This document shows positions 51,075 through 62,819 of a stretch of 64,000 nucleotides of DNA, piece after piece. The notes beneath the pieces were generated by a model. That model was not told the origin of the DNA. It saw only the letters and a program-made list of their open reading frames with translations, and searched no databases. The DNA comes from Octopus sinensis (lineage: Eukaryota), in contig NC_042999.1 in assembly GCF_006345805.1 (NCBI RefSeq), positions 139,624,001-139,688,000 of the forward strand. Direction: 5' to 3'. The position numbers and the translations under genes are program-made. The first letter of the stretch is position 1; each line of letters opens with the position of its first letter.

Positions 51075-52031
51075 TCAAGTAAGGTCATTTGCTTTATATA
51101 AACTTATACTTTTGACATTGGTAACTTGTGTTGATGATAATGGTAAACTGTCCCCTCCTGCTGTAAAAAGTCCTACAGGATAGACACCTTCATTGCTACC
51201 AGAAGTCACATTGCTGTCAATTGACTGAGTTGTTATAGTTTGATTTAGTGGTTTTGAAGGGTCTTCTCTTATGGGACTGGACTGAGAACACATCTGTTCT
51301 AAAATACATGATGCAAGGGATAAGTTAGAAACTAGAGAACTTTCAAATACATTAGATTTTAATTTAGCTGTTATTCCATGTATTATATCTGTTGCTGCTT
51401 CATTTGAAACTGTAGATGTATCAAAATGTTTATTCAGGTGACCGTATTCGTTATCTTCAGGCCCTACAGGCTCGATTTTCAAACTAGGGGCCATGCAAAA
51501 ATTTTCAGAAAAGTTATTTTTTGTACTACTACTCAGTGATCCAATCTCAGATTCTTGTCTGAAGACATTAACTTTATCCTTCTTAGCCAGTGGTAATTCA
51601 GTCTCAAAAGGCTCTTGTTTAATATCAAATGCTTGTGTAGTGATGGATGGAGTAGACTGAGATGTAACTGAAATGATAGATGATGATGATGGTAGAGGTG
51701 GTTGAACTGATAGTTCGGTCTGTGTGTTGTAATGGTCACCTAAGACAGTAGATGTTGAAATATGTGGTTGAGATTCTTCATATGGAAGACAACTATCACA
51801 CAGTTGTTCAAATTCTTTCATGTCCAAACGTTTTGCAATGATTTTCAACTGATGTAAAATATCTGGATCAAGATCTAATAATCCATTGTACATGTATTCA
51901 GCAAAGGCATTTAAAGCTTGTGTACTTACTTCCTCTGGAAAGTTAATTTCAAGAAAATTGCGAGAGGGGATATTTGTACTAAATACTGACAACAGTTTTG
52001 GACACACAGCAGACAGGACAACTTTATGTAC
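51075..52031 (-). CDS. BTB gene 3, terminal exon
   Basis: Acceptor tttcag|GTA CAT AAA; 319 codons to TGA. VHKVVLSAVCPKLL...EYMYNGLLDLD...AKRLDMKEFEQLC. Confidence 0.9.
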   Translation of the reverse strand, partial: VHKVVLSAVCPKLLSVFSTNIPSRNFLEINFPEEVSTQALNAFAEYMYNGLLDLDPDILHQLKIIAKRLDMKEFEQLCDSCLPYEESQPHISTSTVLGDHYNTQTELSVQPPLPSSSSIISVTSQSTPSITTQAFDIKQEPFETELPLAKKDKVNVFRQESEIGSLSSSTKNNFSENFCMAPSLKIEPVGPEDNEYGHLNKHFDTSTVSNEAATDIIHGITAKLKSNVFESSLVSNLSLASCILEQMCSQSSPIREDPSKPLNQTITTQSIDSNVTSGSNEGVYPVGLFTAGGDSLPLSSTQVTNVKSISLYKANDLT

Positions 52032-52278
52032 CTGAAACAAAGTAAATGATAAAACATGCTAATAACTTAACTTAAATCAAGGAGTAAGTCTTTATTTCTT
52101 GTTTTTCTCCCCCAAAATATTCAATTCCAAACAGGAAAGCAATTGTCTCTAATGAAAGATTAGTAAAATTCAAAAGTTATTTTGATCTGTGTATCTTTAT
52201 TAGCAATTTGAAAAAAATTATATCAATATGATGTACAGGTAACTTTAAAAATCTTAAGAAACTGTTTGATAAATATTA

Positions 52279-55200
52279 TGTGGTTTTAGTAGTGTTATGG
52301 GCTGTGATGGAGCTATGTGGTGTTGGTGGAAGGGATTGCAGATGAGGTGGACGGAAGTAAGGCTTGCAGGGGCCGGCGGAAGAGTCACAGGGGTGTGCGT
52401 GTGAAGGAACCACGTGTGGTCAGCAAGCACATGTGGCCAGTTTGAGCAAAGATGGCAGAGAGACAAGACATGTTTAATTCATGAGAGTGACCGCTGATTT
52501 CACCGAGGTCAACAGGTAAGACCTTTTGTATTTCTTTCTCTCGTTTGCTTCTTTTTCTGTTGTCCTTTTCCTTCATCACACTACAAGCTATTTCGGTCCA
52601 TAACAAAAAAAAAAAAAAAAGAATGATGAGTGTTGTCCGTATTTTGAATGATATGATCAAACCATTTTGCAGTGACACAGATGTAGTCGCTTGGTTGAAG
52701 AAGATGAAGTTGGTGGTGAAGCTCCACGGTATAAGTGACTTATAGAGTTTTATACCGCTGTACTTGGATGGTTCGGCGTTGGCGCTGTACCTAGAAATGG
52801 AAGAGAGGGACCGACTTAGCGTGGAGAAAATAGAAATCCGTTTGATGGAGGCCTTTGCAGAGGGAATGTTCGAGGCATACGCTCGCCTGGGGAAAACAAA
52901 ATGGACTGGGGAACAGGTTGACGTATTTGCAAACGAACTCAGGAGATTGGCTAAACTGGCGGGATATGAGGGAGAATCGCTGGACCGAACGGTTAAGTTG
53001 GTGTTTGTGACTGGCTTTCCTGACCACATGTCGGTCGAGTTGCAGAAGCTGCCGAATATTCACTCGATGGTGATGGCAGACATTGTATCTCGGGCTCGCG
53101 TGCTAGTTTCGTGCTGCAGAACAACGTTGGTAGCAGCGACTTCAACAATTAAAAGTGGCCATGGAAAGAGCAGCAGAGAGGGGTCAAAGAAAGAACATGT
53201 GCGATCATTCAAAGGACAGAGTTTCCGGTGTCAGGGCCCGCACATGGTATGAGACTGCGAGTCACCCAAGCCTGAGGTCATTTGCTACTGGTGTCGAGAA
53301 ACGGGACATATAGCCAGCGAATGTTTGCGGGGAAATGGTCTGAGGGAGACTACTGCACTGGTAGTTGTCCCTTTGGATCAATAGAGGTGCGTTTATCGTC
53401 ATTACCTGTAGTCGACATTCTGGTGGAGTGGAAGATGTCGCAAGCCCTTGCGAACACGGGCTGTACAACGACCCTGATGACTCCAAAAGTGGTAGAGACG
53501 TGGAGTGCAGAAAGCAGTGTAAGTGCAGTCAACGGAAGAGAAGTACACTGTGAAGGCATTACAGATGCGCAGATTGTGGTGCAGGGAATAAGGCTGACGC
53601 TACGAGCAATTGTAGTTGGCCACTTGGTGGACGAGATTGACGTGGTGATGGGGATGGATGCAATCACCCGTTTGGGAGGTGTCACTGTTAACAAGGCCAG
53701 TGTAACGTTCAGGTTTGCGGGGAACCCATGTATGGGCGAGACTGTGCACTGATGAGAACCATGAAGAAAAGTATGCTGCACACGCCATTGAAGACCAGGA
53801 TTTTCGGGCTGTTTTCGATGGCCAGAGGTGGACAGTGGAGTGGCACTGGAAGGGAGAGCCCCCGACATTAAAAAATAAAGTGGGCTGCTATCAGCATACC
53901 CTAAAAGGAGATGCCAGAAGTGAGTTTGAGGGGGATGTGGAGCAGTGGATTAAGGAGGGCATACTGATCCCTTGGGATCAAGAAGAGAGCAGAGTCCTGC
54001 CACTGATGGCGGTGGTACAGACCACAAAGCATAAGGTCAGGCCAGTGCTTGACTTCCGAGAGCTGAACAACCACGTATCATGTCATACAGGCGGCGAGGC
54101 CACAGATGTCTGCAGAGACACCTTGCGAGTGTGGAGACAGATGACAGGGGCCTCCACGATCGTCGATTTGAAGTCGGCATACTTGCAGGTACATGTGGCT
54201 GAGAAACTGTGGAAGTATCAGCTTGTCAGGTATAAGGGCCGGACATACTGTCTGATCAGGTTGGGGTTCGAGCTGAATTCAGCGCCAAAAATCATGGCAA
54301 CAATTCTCAAGGCCATCCTGGGAAAGGTGGACAGAGTTAAAAAGGCCACCAATTCGTACATTAATGACATTCTGGTGGATGAAACTGTAATGCCAGCAGC
54401 GGAGGTCATAGGCCACTTGAAGAATATGGGACTGATCGCCAAGCTACCAGAGGCAATAGAGGAAGGTGCTGCACTGAGCCTCAAGCTATGGAGAGATAAG
54501 GCCGGCACATTGGTGTTCCAGCGAGGGAACGAGATCCTCGAACTGAGTGCCAGCATGAGTAGACAGGATCTGTTCTTGGTGTGTGGGAAGCTGGTGGGAC
54601 ACTACCCGATTGCAGGATGGCTCCGGACAACATGTAGCTTCATCAAGAGACGAGCCGAAGGAGTGAAGTGGAACGATAGAGTGGGGGAGAAGACGACCGA
54701 CATGATACAGGAAGTCTTGATCAGAGTGAGAGCAGAGGATCCAGTGAGGGGCAGTTGGTATGTTCCCAAATCAAAGAGTGGGATTGTATGGTGTGATGCC
54801 AGTAGCATCGCAATAGGGGTTGTCTTGGAAGTGGGAGGCGTCATGGTGGAAGATGCAGCCTGGCTCAGGAAGACGGATGACTGCAATTATACCAATGTGG
54901 CGGAGTTGGATGCTGTGTTGAAGGGAGTGAACCTAGCCTTGAAGTGGGGGCTGCACACCATAGAAATCAGGACTGATTTGGCCACTGTACTTGGTTGGGT
55001 GACAGCAGTCATCACCATTGAGCGGAGGGTGCGAACCAAAGGGGCCGCAGAGATGCTGGTAAAGCGTAAACTAACCACTGAGTTCAATCTGTAGCTGATC
55101 TTTGTGCCTTCCGAGAACAAGGCAGACGTCCTGACCAGGGTAAAGCGAGTCTGGTTGCAGGTGCCAGAGGATGCAGAGCAGGCTGTGGCCGCAGTATGCC

Positions 55201-56483
55201 ATCTGAGTGACTTGGAGTTGAGGAGATTGCATACCATGCATCACATGGGGGTGGACAGGATGTTGTTCCTAGCTAGGAAAGTTGACTCTGATGTAACAAG
55301 ATGGAGCGTGGTTAGCAGCTGTGACAGGTGGCAGTCCATCGACTCTGCTCCGGGCGAACATGAGGCAGGAAGTATTCCAGTGGATCACGACTGGCGGTGG
55401 ACATAACACACTACTGGCAGGGGACATACCTCTCAATGGTTGACTGCGGACCGGGGCGGTTGGCCATATGGAGGAGATGAAGACAGGGACCGCAGAGGAA
55501 ATTGTGAAAGTATTAAATGAGATATTCCTGGAACGAGACCCCGTGGATGAACTGCTTCTGGATAATGGCACTGCATTTCGCTTGGAGGTGCTGAAAGAAA
55601 TGCTTGATGGGTGGCAGGTGAACCCCTTCATCAGGATGGCATACCGGCTGAGTGGAAATGGGGTGGTGGAAAGGCATCATCGTACCATCAAGACCATGGC
55701 AGAGAGGGGCCACATTTCACCAATCGAGGCTGTATTTTGGTACAATATGTCGCCCAAGTCAGGACAGGCTGAGGAGTTGGTGCCACACGGAAATATTCAG
55801 GTACGAGTGGAGGCATCCATGTACTGCATCAATGTGACCCGGAACAGAGGAAGAGCATGCCTTTGTGCAGGTCGGAGAAGAAGTTTGGGTAAAACCCCCA
55901 AACGTATGGTGTACATCACGATGGGGAAAGGGAATAACCTCCATCAATTCGAAGAACAACGTCTCTGTCAATGGTGTGCCACGCTACATTTTGGATGTAC
56001 GGAAGATTGTCCATGCCTCAGTAGGCAAGAAGATGAAGCAAGCAGCAGCATGCCAGGAACTCAGGCTAGTCCCGGGGTCGCACGGTGACCACAGAGGGAG
56101 CGGCACCCTCCTCCCTGGTTGGCTGATTATGAAACCAGTTAAGGTGTGAGTTTGGGAGCGAGGAGTGAGTGGGAAAGCCAGTTGTAGGGGGCATGTGGTG
56201 TTAGTAGTGTTATGGGCTGTGATGGAGCTATGTGGTGTTGGTGGAGGGGATTGCAAATGAGGTGGACAGAGGTAAGGCTTGCAGGGGCCGGCAGAAGAGT
56301 CACAGGGGCATGCATGGGCAGGAAGCATGTGTGGCCAGTTTGAGCAAAGACAGCAGAGAGACAAGACGTGTTTAATTCGTGAGAGTGACTGCTGATTTCG
56401 CCAAGGTCAACAGGTAAGGCCTTTTGTATTTTTTTCTCCTGTTTGCTTCTTTTTCTGTTGCCCTTATCCTCCATCACACTACA
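52279..56483 (+). mobile_element. Full-length decayed Ty3/Gypsy LTR retrotransposon
   Basis: LTRs 52279-52585 and 56194-56483 (TG...CA, roughly 90% identical by eye); 5-bp TSD TATTA at 52274-52278 and 56484-56488; purine-rich PPT before the 3' LTR. Gag with CYWCRETGHIASEC knuckle, degenerate protease (ALANTG), RT (DLKSAYLQ, YIND), RNase H (WCDAS), integrase (SGNGVVER) in RT-RH-IN order. Confidence 0.93.
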
Positions 56484-56931
56484 TATTATAAAACACACTG
56501 AGAAAGAGAAACTTGTGTTACTGGACACTTGGAACTAACATATTTTTTATGGCATATAAGATGTACTTTTTTACCAAAAAAAAAATGTTTCAAAAAGTTG
56601 GGCCTCCCATAAGCTTGTATTTTCTCGTATGTTTTATTACTGTAATCATGTAGAATATTTTCACTAGCATGATTCCTGAATTTCGGTTGAGTTGCACTGC
56701 TAACTTACTTTTTATATACAGTGATGTTTTCTGCTATAGCTAAAATATTTCTCTAATCTTTTGTAACATATACTAGATTACTTTAAATATTACATGCTTT
56801 TATGCACTAAAACTCTTTTTCTTGAATATGCACTATGGAAATTGTGGGGGGCATCTATTTGTTCTATCAAGTGCAGCAACTATGTTGGAGGCATTTCTAA
56901 ATACTAAAGTTTTAAAAAGCAATATACTTAC

Positions 56932-57381
56932 CATCACAGCAGATGAACCGTTACTAATACTAGCATCACACAGTTTTCTATTCCTCCACAACGAAGCAAT
57001 GTTAGACATCACATGGCGCTGATAATTAGCAATTACAAATATCTGTTTCCGTGGAGTTTTTCCCACAGAACGGCGGGCTTGTGTTTGTTCTGCGGTTTCA
57101 GCTGCCCTTGCGTTGGCTGTGGCAGCGGCATCTAGAGAATGGCGGGCCTGTTTTTGTTTTGCAGTTTTGGCTGCCCTTGCATTGGCCATGGCAGCGGCAT
57201 TTCGTGAACGGCGGGCCTGTGTTTGTTCTGCGGTTTCAGCTGCCCTTGCGTTGGCCAAGGCAGCGGCATTCAGAGCTAATCGAGTAGCTCTGTCTTGGAG
57301 TGCCTCTTTGGCCCTTTTGGCCCTATGAGCCTCTGCACCAGCCGTCCTTCTTCCAATGCGGACCCTCTTCTTTGGGGGCAT
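56932..57381 (-). CDS. BTB gene 3, first coding exon: basic N-terminus, about 3.5 23-aa repeats, then N-terminal half of BTB
   Basis: aaaATG start; MPPKKRVRIGRRT...; 69-bp DNA repeat at 57071/57140/57209; ends SNIASLWRNRKLCDASISNGSSAVM|gtaagt in phase 0, in frame with the 52031 exon (468-aa product). Confidence 0.88.
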
Positions 57382-58961
57382 TTTGGCAATTTATTGAAAT
57401 AAGTGAACTTTAAATGGATTTAATTTTTGTGGACTAAGTGAGATAGTTTGGGGCAACCGATAAGCACACGATTTTAAGTAATGGCAAAGCAATAATCAAA
57501 ACGATAATGGCAGAAACGGTACCCAAATGGAAAACAAAGGGCTATTTAAAAACAGTAAAAAAAATCGTAGACAGGTTTCAGGTTTTCAAGCACAAAAACT
57601 GTTTACTGTGCTTGTAGGTTGGTGAAAAAAACGTTGGCTGCTCAAGAGAAGCAGTAATCAAAAAGTGATATCAAACACGAAAACGTCTATTTTTTACTCA
57701 AAAAATGATGCTGAACTACAAATTCTCTAATTAATACTTTGGTTAATCAAATCTTGAACTGATATCGAGCACAAAAAGACCAAAAAAATTGGTGTCAAAC
57801 TGCAGAAGATGCTTTAAGTAAGTGTTAATTTATGAGTTGATAGGCAAAAATATAACCGGGCAACCCAAGTAAAAGTGATAGGTAAAATGGAATTTTATGA
57901 ACAAAACTTGTGGTCAGTAACGGAAATCGAGTCACGAAGCGTAATTGTGAAAAGCGTTTGAGTTTGGTCGCCAAAGCATGCATCCTCATGCTTAATTAAC
58001 GCATCGAATCTTAATTTATAATTATCTAGTACGCGCAAATCCAAGGCCGCGCATCCAACGTCAGATGTTTACGTATGTCCCTCAGCAGCATTGGCCAGTA
58101 CACGCACGCATGCATATACGCACACGTTCAAGGTCAAACGCAGTGCCATGTTCACGCACAGGATGACTAAGTGCCTACACGGGAAAAGGCTTTTTGTGGT
58201 GTTTGATGCACGGGCTAATTAATTAGTGGAAAGTGGATTCAAGTTAGAAAAACATAGGGCATTTGTGAAGTGAGAAAACCCAATCTATTTGCGGTAGCAA
58301 ACAAAGAGCTTATTATGTGGAAGTTAAGGCTAAAAGAAAGCGGTTGTAATTCAATTTGAATGGGGAAGCCCGTAAGGTATTTTTATGGGCAAACTCTAAT
58401 CAAATTAAGATTTCACGCACCATAAGTAATAATCTGAGTACCCTTGTCACCTGCTATGTAGATAGCGAACGATTCGACCTCATGCTGAATGCGAACTCAA
58501 CAAACAATGGTTATGTGTATTTTCAAAATCATGCTGTGGTACGGTCAAAATTCGAGTTTTTCGCATTCTTCTTCCTCCTTTTTTTTGTCCGACTATGACA
58601 TGTGCACAGTCCTGCTAACTGAAAGCTTCATATTATGTGCTTGTTGTTCGTTTCCGGTGTTTCAATAAAAAGTTCTTACTTAATCAAGGTAGTGCAGAAA
58701 CACTGTATGACTCGTGAGTTCTAGCCTTGAATTGTCTTAGGTACCGGTGTGCTTACCTATAAAATGGGGTAAGAACAAGACTCAAGCTTTTTACAGATAA
58801 AGATTTCTTCGTTTTGTGCTAAATCCCTTTCTTTGTTTTCGGAAATTATGTTCGCCTTTCCTGTCTGCAAACGCGCACGCGCATGCAACTGATAAGGGTA
58901 AAATTATCTCCGTCCAATCAAAAAACAGCTAGCAGTCTATTCGGCGTATCTAGCTGTACGC

Positions 58962-59136
58962 CACTGACCATTCAGAGACGAAGAGGCCGACCAAGAATCC
59001 GCTGGCTTGACACCATCAAGAGTGATACCGGAATAGACATAGCCAATCTGAAAGAAGCGGCCCAGGAAAGAACTGACTGGAGGACACTGATCCAACGAGT
59101 AACCGAGAGTCGACTTCGACTGAGCGGATAGATAGA
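58962..59136 (+). mobile_element. Short 5'-truncated RTE (BovB-like C-terminus) insertion
   Basis: RGRPRIRWLDTIKSD...DWRTLIQRVTESRLRLSG*; (GATA)n tail; 11-bp TSD TAGCTGTACGC at 58951-58961 and 59137-59147. Confidence 0.8.
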
Positions 59137-59276
59137 TAGCTGTACGCACGCACCGCGTACAAATTTCTATGTTTTAGCGATTTTGAACGGATATGCCCAT
59201 AACTTATGGGCATAAGGAATCGGTTTATCGATTTTTTTTAATGGCTTTCTGGGGTGACGGGGGAAATGAAAAGATC

Positions 59277-59680
59277 GGATCTTTTCGGTTTGACCAGCAG
59301 TTTTTAAAAATACTTTCCACGTAAACTTTTAAACTTCGTATACTGGTAGAATGTGTTTATAAAACATCTTTTTCTCTTGGCCTTATTGAGAAAATTCTAT
59401 AGCTTGTAAGATATTTGTTGTTTTTTTTCTTCAATTTCTGCTATTTCAACCAATCAATGACGTCTATTGAGGTGAAAATATTCTGTGCCGTATGAATATG
59501 CCCTTCGTTTAAGAAACAGATTGGGTTTATTTACATTTGTGAAGAAAAACAAGATACCCTCCCCCCCACTCTAACCCTAAAACAGATTGAAATGCAATAG
59601 ATCAATACTAGGGTCATAATTATGGGTGACAATTTCATATGACACCGCTAGAAAAAACTGCCCTCAAACTGAAAAGATCC
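59277..59680. mobile_element. MITE copy, same family as 20843-21235
   Basis: Colinear and highly similar to 20843-21235 with the same TIRs; no TSD recognisable. Confidence 0.8.
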
Positions 59681-61046
59681 TATTTTATACTAAAAAATAA
59701 AACACGGCACTTCTGAATATCAACAAACATGTCAGCCGATACAAGGGGCGGTAACTTGTATTAGATATTATTAATGATAGGAGAGGCCCGACAATAACGT
59801 TTGCAACTTCTTGATTATTTTTAATCAGATTTTTTACTGCGCACACTGATAAGGGTTAGTATTGCACGTGCTGTTACCATGTAACAGCTATTTGCAAATA
59901 TCTGTTCAGTGGTAACAGGACGTGCTAGAAATACCAGCCAAATTAGTTAATGTTTAGAAGTACACCTGCACGTCAAACCACACCTCTGTTCTATCTTGTA
60001 TATATACATTATAGCCTCTGGCCCACCAAAGCCTTGTGAGTGGATTTCGTACACGGAAACTGAAAGAACACTGTCGTATATATGTTTATATGCCCCCACC
60101 TTTGCTTTACAACCGATGTTGGTGTGTCTACATACCTATAACTTAGCAGTTCGGCAAAAGGCACTGATAGAATAATTAGTAGGCAGTGCTCCAGCATGGC
60201 TGCAGTCACCTGACTGAAACGAGTAAAACAATAAAGAACTATACCATTTTAATCCCGAGCAAGGCCAGGTATCTTTGCTAGTATATATAAAACAAAGAAT
60301 GTCTGTGTAATACATATGCATTTCTACAGTTTTCAACTGATTATCGCCAAACGTTACACACACATCACTTGTGTGCCAAGGATGGTCATGCACTATAATT
60401 TTTTGCCCAGCGCTCCTGCGTAAAGGGAGAAACAGGGAATAAAGGTGTTTTACATGGGTTTTATTTTTCTAACAACTGCAGTTTTCAACCGATTCTCTCC
60501 CTTTTCTCTTGCATATAATTTCTCTCACCTTTGGTAATAGTTTCTCTTTTAGTCTGTCTTCTTTCTTTTCTCCATCCCTCCCTTTCTTTATTTCTCCTTC
60601 CCTCTTTCTTCCCTTTCTTTCATTCTTTTTCCCTCCCACCCGCTTTCTTTCTGTTTGAGTAAATGCAGTGGTCCAGTATGGCCACAGTCAAATAACTGAA
60701 ACAAGTAAAAAAAATTTTTTAAACTGTCATTTTAATCCCAAGCAATGCCAGATTATCTCTGCTATTTCTAAATAGATTTGTAAAATTATGTTATGCAATA
60801 TTTAAATAAATTTTAACTTTTACTGTAAGAAAAATGGGCATAATGACAGATGCCAATATGCGCCTTATGAATACATTTCAACACCATACAGACCAGGCCG
60901 AAAGGAGCGTAGGCTCGAAACGTAAAAGACTTGTTTTATTTATATTCCTGAGCACCATACTAATACAATTGTTTGTTTGTCTTCCACCTGCCTTCGTCTT
61001 TTGTCTATTTTCATAAAGCTTCTCGTTATATATATATATATATATA

Positions 61047-61508
61047 TTATATAAAAGGGCTTAGTAAAATAAATTACTTTGCCGCATACTGAACTCATTA
61101 GAAATAGCAGCTAAAAAACTTTTTTAAGGCTATTTCTAATACTTAAAGAAAATCTCTCTCATATATAGTGTTTGCATAATTTAACTCACAAAAGTTTGGG
61201 GGTAATGACATCGAAAATCAAATGCTAAGGTTATTCGAGAACGTACGTTTCAAGATTAGTCAAAACAACATTTCTATCATAGAAATGTTGTTTGACTAAT
61301 CTTGAAACGTACGTTCTCGAATAACTTAGCATTTGATTTTTCGATGTCATTACCCCCAAACTTTTGTGAGTTAAATTATGCAAACACTATATATGAGAGA
61401 GATTTTCTTTAAGTATTAGAAATAGCCTTAAAAAAGTTTTTTAGCTGCTATTTCTAATGAGTTCAGTATGCGGCAAAGTAATTTATTTTACTAAGCCCTT
61501 TTATATAA
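61047..61508. repeat. Near-perfect ~460-bp palindrome (foldback element)
   Basis: Arms of ~230 bp with only a few 1-nt indels; centre catttcta-tca-tagaaatg. Confidence 0.9.
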
Positions 61509-62106
61509 TGTAATAATTTGAATTCGCCTTGAATGGTCCCTTTGCATACTGAACACTTGGTGAAATTGATTAATAATTAATTATTTTGCCCTCAATTGTT
61601 GAAATTATATATATATATTATATATATATATTATATATATAAAGCTGAAGTGGTCTGTGTGTGTGTGGCAGGTTTGGTAGCCTTCAACTAACACTATCTC
61701 CTCCGAGACCCTGCGGCACAAGTTGACCAAAATTGAGAATATGATAGTAAAAGGCTTGCTCTTCATTCCGTAGAAGAAAAAATTCAAATCGGACCATGTT
61801 AACACCAAAAATTATTTACATCAAAAAAGCAGTGCAGTTCGAAATTTGAGCTTCAACTTGATGCAAGGGAGATAACTAATGTCAATAAAAAAAGACATTA
61901 TCCATGTCAGTGCTTCACTTGCAGGAGTCATGTTTCTCATATGGACAATTATACGTTGGATGTTCCTGAGTCGGTAGTCAGAACAACCTATTTGCTTTGG
62001 TTCCATCTGGAAGAACAAAGAACGTCTATCGCGAAGTGCTGTAACCATATTTCATCAACGACTATACTATATCGGCTATCTTATATTAACTGTGTTTATA
62101 AATGAA

Positions 62107-62679
62107 TCTATATATATAAAGCTGAAGTTGTCTGTGTGTGTGTGGCAGGTTTAGTGGCCTTCAACTAACACTATCTCCCCCGACACCCTGCAGTGCAAGT
62201 TGACCAAAATTGAGAGTATAAGAGGTTTGCTAGTATATATTCCATAGAAGAAAAAATTCAAATTGGACCATGTTAAGACCAAAAATTACTTACATCAAAA
62301 AGGTGCTTTTTTTCAATGAAAATTCCTATTTTTTAACGATTTTTTGACTGCTGTGTACTCTTTCTTAATGAATACTGTTGCAGCGTTAACTTCTTAATAG
62401 ATTTTCAGTGCAGTTCGAAACTTGAGCTTCATTTTGCTTTAAATCTATGTGTAATTTTTTTCTCCATAATGCTAATAGAAGGAATATTAACCAACAATAC
62501 CAACAATTGAAGTCGGCATTACACATTTGCAGCACATTCAAAGCAAACTCGAGCATCGCCACACTATACTTTTATTCATAGATTGAAACCATGTCAAAAC
62601 TTTGTTAATGCGACATCTAAGTCTGCCATTTTAAGCACAACTAAAAAACAAACCTGAGCAATGCTGGGTTATACTGCTA

Positions 62680-62680
<1 letters not shown>
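62107..62680 (+). mobile_element. Non-autonomous Helitron (partial second copy at ~61630-61830)
   Basis: A|TCTATATATATAAAGCTGAAG start; cctgagcaatgctggg...CTAG|T end; high similarity to the 15759 copy. Confidence 0.8.
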
Positions 62681-62722
<42 letters not shown>

Positions 62723-62819
62723 AGGTTGGCCAAAAGTTTAATTCCAAGATTAAAACAAAATATTATTTTATATGAGAATTTGCTAATAAATAGACAAATG
62801 TTGAAAAAAAATATATATA

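Noticed and set aside
52586-52604. Self-priming PBS for the Gypsy element (ccataac complementary to gttatgg near the LTR start)
   Set aside because: Only 7 nt of complementarity, and it would put the transcription start ~15 nt into the LTR, leaving no U3.
56932-57300. CRISPR-like array or other prokaryotic system
   Set aside because: The repeats are contiguous 69-bp coding units with no spacers; the window is intron-containing eukaryotic DNA.
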